Source: an uncultured Bacteroidales bacterium
GTDB taxonomy: Bacteria > Bacteroidota > Bacteroidia > Bacteroidales > CAZVTW01
Length of the DNA: 51,786 bases
Assembly (NCBI GenBank): GCA_964629805.1
Contig: CAZVTW010000001.1
Coordinates: 1 to 51,786, forward strand
Direction of reading: 5' to 3'
Each line of letters begins with the position of its first letter. Within the stretch, counting starts at the first letter, position 1. The translations under genes and the position numbers were made by a program. The notes beneath the pieces are model-generated. The model was not told where the DNA came from. It worked only from the letters and a program-made list of their open reading frames with translations, and searched no databases. Below are positions 46,081-51,786 of the stretch, piece after piece.

Positions 46081-49000
46081 CTACAATGAGATATTCAGAC
46101 CCAGAATATAAGTGCGCGGATGTGGATATGTGGCTGCATCTACACCAAAATCAAGCGGATGTGGATTCCACCCGACAGAACTTCCGACTTCAGGCTCTAA
46201 CCCGGTGTATTTTGTAAAGGTATACAGGTTTTCTATGGTCGCATACAACCTGATTCGTTTCATTTTTATCCGGTTTAATATATTATCACCAAAGCTGTAT
46301 CCAATGGTCAGATTGCGTATTCTCAAATATGAGGCATCTTCGATATAAAAATCAGAAAAACGATCAAGATTTTTACTCTTGTTTTTCCCGATACGCGGAT
46401 ATGAGGCATCGCGGTTATCTTCGGTCCAATAATTGAAATCTGCTGAACGGTTGACATATAAAATATCATTATATAAATAATACTTCATTTTGTTCATCAC
46501 ATCTATTCCCTGTACACCACTTAAGCTCATAAACATATCAAATCCTTTGTAATCAAGATTAAGATTGAATCCATAGGTAAAATCAGGTAAAGGACTTCCT
46601 ATAAAGGTTTTGTCATCATCATTAATTTCTCCGTCTCCGTTAATATCCCTGTATTTAAAATCTCCGGGTGCTGTATATTTGAGGGGATTAGGTTCAAGGC
46701 TCCGGTCGTCTGTATACGGGTCCTCTGTACCCTGGTCGGCATGAGCGGCTATTTCATCATAATCCTGAAAAATTCCTTCTGTGATGTATCCGTAAAAACC
46801 GGCTACTGATTCGCCTTCCTTTGTATAGGACATGTACCCGAACTTGCTGTCATTGTTTGAGGGAAGTATTGTATTTTCTCCCGGCAGGTCTACAACTTCA
46901 TTTTTAACAACAGATATATTTCCGCCAAGGTTAAATCGAACCGGACCTATTGATGATTTATAATCAAGCTTCATCTCAAGACCTTTATTGTTCAGGTCAG
47001 CAATGTTTGCAAAAGCAGATGGCTGAGCCCCCCCGACACGTTCAAGATTATGTACACCGGTGAACTTGGGTACAGGCATTTGCATTAATAAATCGCTGGT
47101 CAGTTTATCAAACACATCAACAGAACCTGACAGTTTCGAACCCCATAGCCCGAAGTCTAATCCAACATTGGTCTGTTTGGTGGATTCCCATTTTATGTAT
47201 TGATTGCTTACCCCGTTCGGTAACAATCCGACTAATACTTCGCGATTGGGTCCAAAGCCGTAGTTGTTACCCTGGCTATACAAAGAAGTTGAGTATTGAT
47301 ACGGCGGAATAGACTGATTTCCCAGTTTTCCCCAGCCGGCACGAACTTTTAAGAAATCGACAAAACCGATATTTTTTATAAAATCCTCTTCTGACAACTT
47401 GTAGCCTGCTGAAAATGAAGGGAAAACACCCCACCTGTTTTCCGGCCCGAATTTTGACGAGCCATCGCGGCGGATACTGGCTGTCAGGTGTATTTTGCCA
47501 TCATAATTATAGATGACACGACCTAACTGGGATAATAATGAATAAGCCATTGGAGAACTTTCAGGCGGACTCACTCCGTCAATAGTCGGCACATTGGGAT
47601 AGCGCATAAATTCCTCATCATACGGAAATGGCTTGAAATGCAAACGCATATCAACAAATGTCTCTTTTTGCGCTGTAACAGCTCCCATGACCGTCAAATC
47701 ATGACTGCCGAATGTTTTTTGATAAGTAAGTATATTCTCAACATCCCAGTTAATCCATCTTTCATGACGCTTATAAAATTCATTCTGGTCACGCCTGTCA
47801 ACAGGGTTTATCTGGTAACGGGGATTAAATTGTTCCATATCGCCGTTGGTTATATCAATACCTACGATACTCCTGAAATTTAAAAACGGGAACAACTGAA
47901 AATCAACAAAGGCATTACCAAAATAATGGTAACTTTCATAATTATAAATATCAAGGTCTATGGTAGCAACCGGATTTCGCACATTTGAGGTACGATACAA
48001 ATCAGTCCATATCTGGGTAGTATCGTTTAAATAGGATAATGTAGCAGGGTCTGTGATGTCTGCTACATAGGGTTCAATACTGGGGTCTGCAAGAAGAGCA
48101 CCAGAGACCACATTCCCCAAACCTGCGCCTTCCATAACACGTTTCCTGTTTGAACGGGTGACAATAAACTGTTCCCCGAATTTTATCTTGTTGCTTAATT
48201 TATGCTCGCCGTTAAAACGGATCGAAAATTTATCATAACCGGAGGATTTTACCAGACCTTCCTGTTTAAAATAGGAAGCACTGAACAGATATGTATTTTT
48301 CTCACTTCCGCCAGATATCGTAAATTTGTATTTCTCCTTGTCGGCAGGCGTGAACACTTCTTCCTGCCAGTTGGTCTCACTAAGCGCAGTCCCGGGCTCA
48401 AAACCGGCAAAAGTGTCACGCCCCAGGATACCCTGTAACTCATTGGAAAAATCACGATACCGACCAGCGGACATCATATCAAGTTCTCGTGCCTGGGTTT
48501 GAACACCTTTATATATGTTAATATCTACTCGTGCCTTCCCTGCTTTACCTTTTTTTGTGGTGATTAAAACTACCCCGTTGGCTCCGCGTGCGCCATAGAT
48601 GGCTGCAGCTGAGGCGTCTTTGAGGACTTCAATGGACTCTATGTCATTGGGGTCAAGAAACGATATCCCGGATTTGTTATCGGGAATGTTGCCGTCTTTC
48701 TTGCCAAAACTTTGATCACCCATAATGATACCATCGACAACATACAAAGGCATTGTACCCGAATTCAGTGTCGCCATACCCCTGATGCGTACAGTCATGG
48801 AGGAACCGGGCGATCCTGTATTGTTGATCACTTCAACCCCGGCAGCACGACCTTTTAATGCATCATCAACGCCAAGGGCAGCTATGTCCTTAAAATCTTC
48901 ATTTGAAACCGAAGCCAGTGCACCGGTTAAATCAGACTTTTTTGTCGTTCCGTAACCAATCACAACAACTTCCTGGATATCCTGAACTTCTTCATCAAGC

Positions 49001-49290
49001 TTCAGGTTAATAACAGGGCGGGAATCAACAGGAACTTCCTGTTTCCTATAACCTACACTGGTGAAAACAAGGATGGCATCCTTGCTACTGACGGTAATAG
49101 TATAATTACCGTCAAGATCCGTAATTGTGCCGTCGCCGGTTCCCTTTTCTATGATGTTGACCCCGGGGATGGGCCAGTCGTTTTTAGATTCCGAAACATT
49201 CCCGGTTACTGTGAACCCGTCCTGGCTATAACCCGTCATATGTTGTAAAAAAAACGCTGCAAAGAATAGTAATGTTAGATGTATTTTCAT
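46081..49290 (-). CDS. SusC/RagA-family TonB-dependent outer-membrane transporter
   Basis: 1069-aa ORF. It has a CarboxypepD_reg-like N-domain (GNVSESKNDWPIPGVNIIEKGT), a plug (VVVIGYGTTKKSDLTGA) and a large beta-barrel. There is no STN domain, which fits HTCS rather than ECF/anti-sigma control. Confidence 0.92.
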   Translation of the reverse strand: MKIHLTLLFFAAFFLQHMTGYSQDGFTVTGNVSESKNDWPIPGVNIIEKGTGDGTITDLDGNYTITVSSKDAILVFTSVGYRKQEVPVDSRPVINLKLDEEVQDIQEVVVIGYGTTKKSDLTGALASVSNEDFKDIAALGVDDALKGRAAGVEVINNTGSPGSSMTVRIRGMATLNSGTMPLYVVDGIIMGDQSFGKKDGNIPDNKSGISFLDPNDIESIEVLKDASAAAIYGARGANGVVLITTKKGKAGKARVDINIYKGVQTQARELDMMSAGRYRDFSNELQGILGRDTFAGFEPGTALSETNWQEEVFTPADKEKYKFTISGGSEKNTYLFSASYFKQEGLVKSSGYDKFSIRFNGEHKLSNKIKFGEQFIVTRSNRKRVMEGAGLGNVVSGALLADPSIEPYVADITDPATLSYLNDTTQIWTDLYRTSNVRNPVATIDLDIYNYESYHYFGNAFVDFQLFPFLNFRSIVGIDITNGDMEQFNPRYQINPVDRRDQNEFYKRHERWINWDVENILTYQKTFGSHDLTVMGAVTAQKETFVDMRLHFKPFPYDEEFMRYPNVPTIDGVSPPESSPMAYSLLSQLGRVIYNYDGKIHLTASIRRDGSSKFGPENRWGVFPSFSAGYKLSEEDFIKNIGFVDFLKVRAGWGKLGNQSIPPYQYSTSLYSQGNNYGFGPNREVLVGLLPNGVSNQYIKWESTKQTNVGLDFGLWGSKLSGSVDVFDKLTSDLLMQMPVPKFTGVHNLERVGGAQPSAFANIADLNNKGLEMKLDYKSSIGPVRFNLGGNISVVKNEVVDLPGENTILPSNNDSKFGYMSYTKEGESVAGFYGYITEGIFQDYDEIAAHADQGTEDPYTDDRSLEPNPLKYTAPGDFKYRDINGDGEINDDDKTFIGSPLPDFTYGFNLNLDYKGFDMFMSLSGVQGIDVMNKMKYYLYNDILYVNRSADFNYWTEDNRDASYPRIGKNKSKNLDRFSDFYIEDASYLRIRNLTIGYSFGDNILNRIKMKRIRLYATIENLYTFTKYTGLEPEVGSSVGWNPHPLDFGVDAATYPHPRTYILGLNISL

Positions 49291-49690
49291 AATATGTTAA
49301 AATTAGAAATTAAAATTTCGTGATTCCACTATACAAAGAAAAACAGAGCTTAGGGAATTTATACATGCTATTTCTTATTATGTTAGCAGTTATCCTTTTT
49401 ATAATTATATGTGCTATCTTTTGAACTTATTATGCTGCTGTTTAATCATTTTTATTCACCAAAGCCCCCTTTTTAATATTAAAACTCATATTTTGGCTTT
49501 ACAAGAACACGAGAATAAGATATGAAAAAGTGTTAAATGGATCTTTTTGTAAAAGACGCTGTTTTGCAACTATTTTATCATGCCCGGAATAAGACGCTGA
49601 ACTATCCGCAGAAAAGATATGAACTCCTTATCGAAAAATCCCCTTCTGAATCAGCTATCACCAGTAACAGTAAAAATGAAAACAATTTCA

Positions 49691-49933
49691 CAGGGTTTAC
49701 TCCGTGAAATAACTTCTTTGGAGATTATTTTGAATAATTGTCGAAACAGAGCACTGTTTTCTTAGCAGTAAAATTTTCGTCTCGACTCAGTCGAGATCAA
49801 GCCTGCCCCGTGCAGAGAATTGCGGGGGGCCTTAAGGCTTATCTTACCGGAGTTAACTGTCTGTTAATGACAATTGAAAAATTCTTACCAACGCAGAGTT
49901 TGGCGATAAATGTACATCTATAAGCGAACTCAT
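49691..49933. repeat. MITE-like repeat, degenerate copy F (clear core 49774..49851)
   Basis: The core is TTTTCGTCTCGACTCAGTCGAGATCAAGCCTGCCCCGTGCAGAGAATTGCGGGGGGCCTTAAGGCTTATCTTACCGGAG. The putative degenerate termini are CAGGGTTTACTCCGTGAAA and ..AAGCGAACTCAT. The boundaries are uncertain. Confidence 0.45.
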
Positions 49934-50293
49934 AGATGTTCCACAAAAAAATAACCCAAATAACGCATGATTACTCCAAATTAAGCAGAGTACATTCAGG
50001 AAATTCTTAGTAGAATTGTACACCTTACTTGATTTTAACCTTATTATTTACCGCAAACATATTGATAAAATAAATTATTATCTTCAACCCATTAATATGC
50101 AATAAACAATAGAAATTTAGTAATTTAGAATATTTTAAATGCTTTTTTGTATTTAATATTTTAAATAGCCATTATTTCTAACATAACTTTTGGGACAGGG
50201 TACTAGTAGACTCATTTATATCAAACCAGGACCAATTTTTTCATAAAAAAATAAAACTTACACGTAATAATTATATATTACAATTTTTTTATT

Positions 50294-51140
50294 ATGAAAA
50301 AGTTTATCACATTCTTATTACTGTCACTACTCACACTATGCAAAGCTGTATCCCAGACAGACACTGAATTTTGGTTTGCGGCACCGGAAGTATCATCCGC
50401 ACATGGCGATGAGCCAATCTATTTAAGGATTTCAACGACAAGCCGGCCTGCTGAGGTTTCCGTTTCAATGCCTGCAAATTCAGCTTTTTCCAATATCACA
50501 AAAAAAGTAACAGCTAATTCAACCGTATCAATTGCTTTGACAAAATTCAAAGATGAAATTGAGGGCAGTCCTGCTAATAAAGTATTGAACAAAGGGCTTA
50601 ATATAAAAAGCACATCAGAAATATCATGCTATTATAAAGTGGCAAATGTCTGGAATCCGGCGATTTACCCCTTAAAAGGGAATGTTTGTATTTGTATCAG
50701 CGTCAGATTTACTGCCGGTTGATGCTCTGCAAATGAATTCACACCCCGGATTCGACCGCTTAAGAAGGTATTATGTTTTAACCGAATATAAAATACTAAA
50801 ACAGGAGCAAAATTCCCTGGCAACACTGGTTGGTGGTGATTTTGACTTTGAGCGGGATAATCAGTTCCATATAAGTTTGTTATATAATTATTTATCAACA
50901 ACAGAGAACAAATATGGCCTGGGCCTGTCATACAGGCACACAAATTATAAAAATATACACACCGCTAACAGCGCCATCGTACTTTTACATTTGCAATTCC
51001 AAAATCTGTTACTTGTCTGTCAATACCATATTCACCTTACCAGAGTCCGGCAATATAATTCAGGGACGCATGAAATAAATGTTGGTTTCCGTATTTGTAA
51101 AAAGGCTCATAGCCCCGTTCCGTGCCGGGTTTATTACTAA
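50294..51140 (+). pseudogene. Composite remnant: N-terminal ~125 aa of a large adhesin-like protein joined out of frame to the C-terminal ~150 aa of a PorP/SprF-like protein
   Basis: ORF 50294..50722 has a signal peptide plus TEFWFAAPEVSSAHGDEPIYLRIST...NKGLNIKSTSEISCYY, the N-terminal pattern of big Bacteroidota surface proteins. ORF 50682..51140 in another frame ends ...GLGLSYRHTNY...NSGTHEINVGFRI, a PorP/SprF-type C-terminus. Confidence 0.45.
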
Positions 51141-51210
51141 TCTGGCAAGTGAGAATTCTTAAAATTACACAGTTTCATGCCATTTGTTTTATAAGTATTG
51201 TATCTTTGTG

Positions 51211-51218
51211 AAAAAACA
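51211..51218 (+). promoter_or_regulatory. Candidate -7 box TATCTTTG
   Basis: It matches TAnnTTTG and ends 16 nt upstream of the ATG at 51234. Confidence 0.3.
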
Positions 51219-51233
51219 AAGTATACAAATACA

Positions 51234-51786
51234 ATGGCACGAAAATTTAATTCATTAGGGCCGGTCGATAAAAGGCACCATTACTATGTCCCGCGGGAAA
51301 AATTAATTGATTATGCACACAATCAACTTATTGGGGAATATCCGGAAGAAGGCGGGCATTACATTACTGTCTGGGCTCCGCGCCAAACCGGAAAAACATG
51401 GGTATTGCAGGAGGTTGAACAAAATATAAAGAAAGAAAAAGATTTTGATGTACTTATTTTCCCGGTGAGCCGCCTGAAGGAAGAAACCAAATCCGATGAA
51501 GTTTTAAAGGGATTTGTTCATCTTATGGAAATATGGAGCCGTCAGAGGCTCCCCAAAACAAAAGACTGGAGAGATTTACCGGAGATATTTACTTCAAAAT
51601 ATTTTTCAAAACCATTGATTCTTATCCTGGATGAATTTGATGCTTTAAAAGAAGATTTTATCAATCAGTTCGCCAATGTTTTTAGAGATATATATGTAAG
51701 TCGTAATAACCAGAAGGACAAAAAGACCCATGAAAAACAATATATGCTTCATGGCCTGGCTCTTATCGGGGTCAGGAGTGTGCTGG
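51234..51786 (+). CDS. P-loop NTPase, AAA_35-like (partial, runs off the window)
   Basis: This ORF is open from the ATG at 51234 to the window end and is absent from the track because it has no stop. It reads MARKFNSLGPVDKRHHYYVPREKLIDYAHNQL...GGHYITVWAPRQTGKTWVL (Walker A) and ...PLILILDEFD (Walker B). Confidence 0.65.
   Translation, partial: MARKFNSLGPVDKRHHYYVPREKLIDYAHNQLIGEYPEEGGHYITVWAPRQTGKTWVLQEVEQNIKKEKDFDVLIFPVSRLKEETKSDEVLKGFVHLMEIWSRQRLPKTKDWRDLPEIFTSKYFSKPLILILDEFDALKEDFINQFANVFRDIYVSRNNQKDKKTHEKQYMLHGLALIGVRSVL

Noticed and set aside
49738-49923. 61-aa ORF upstream of susC
   Set aside because: It is composed almost entirely of repeat copy F, including its hairpins, so it is not credible as a gene.
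1-51786. Scan for tRNA, rRNA, CRISPR arrays, integrase or transposase genes
   Set aside because: No tRNA-like T-arm/acceptor patterns, no regularly spaced direct repeats and no recombinase-like ORFs were seen by eye. The scan was manual, so small ncRNAs could have been missed.

Overview
AT-rich 51.8-kb accessory region of Bacteroidota type, judged from a SusC/SusD pair, T9SS C-terminal sorting domains, propeller/Y_Y_Y sensor kinases and TAnnTTTG-like -7 boxes. It is essentially one large, partly decayed polysaccharide-utilisation landscape. (i) 65-13225 holds seven co-directional minus-strand genes: beta-helix protein, clan GH-A-like hydrolase, Cys-type sulfatase, an interrupted GH97, a GH36-like protein, GH3 and a Ser-type sulfatase. 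(ii) 13.2-23.9 kb holds a DUF418 remnant, an orphan FtsX-type permease, a GntR regulator / MFS sugar porter / URO-D-like unknown cassette, a decayed sulfatase and a GH29 fucosidase. (iii) 23.9-36.6 kb holds two propeller sensor kinases, one without and one with an AraC output domain, flanking one decayed and one intact beta-helix gene. (iv) 36.7-49.3 kb holds susC-susD homologues followed on the same strand by three genes whose products all end in T9SS sorting domains: a CBM9-like protein, a 1.2-kaa LamG/CBM9-like/Fn3 mosaic and a beta-helix protein. (v) 50.3-51.8 kb holds an adhesin/PorP-like remnant and a partial P-loop NTPase gene. Overlaid on this are at least seven copies of a MITE-like repeat with ATGAGTC..CTCC inverted termini and a second small hairpin-repeat family. 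A clean 96-nt insertion with 5-bp direct repeats splits the GH97 gene, and there are five pseudogenes or remnants in total. The best candidate for something undescribed is the T9SS-coupled, sulfatase-rich PUL (possibly targeting a fucose-containing sulfated glycan) with four unassigned beta-helix proteins. No rRNA, tRNA or CRISPR array was recognised. All family calls rest on motifs read by eye and remembered family signatures; no search was run.
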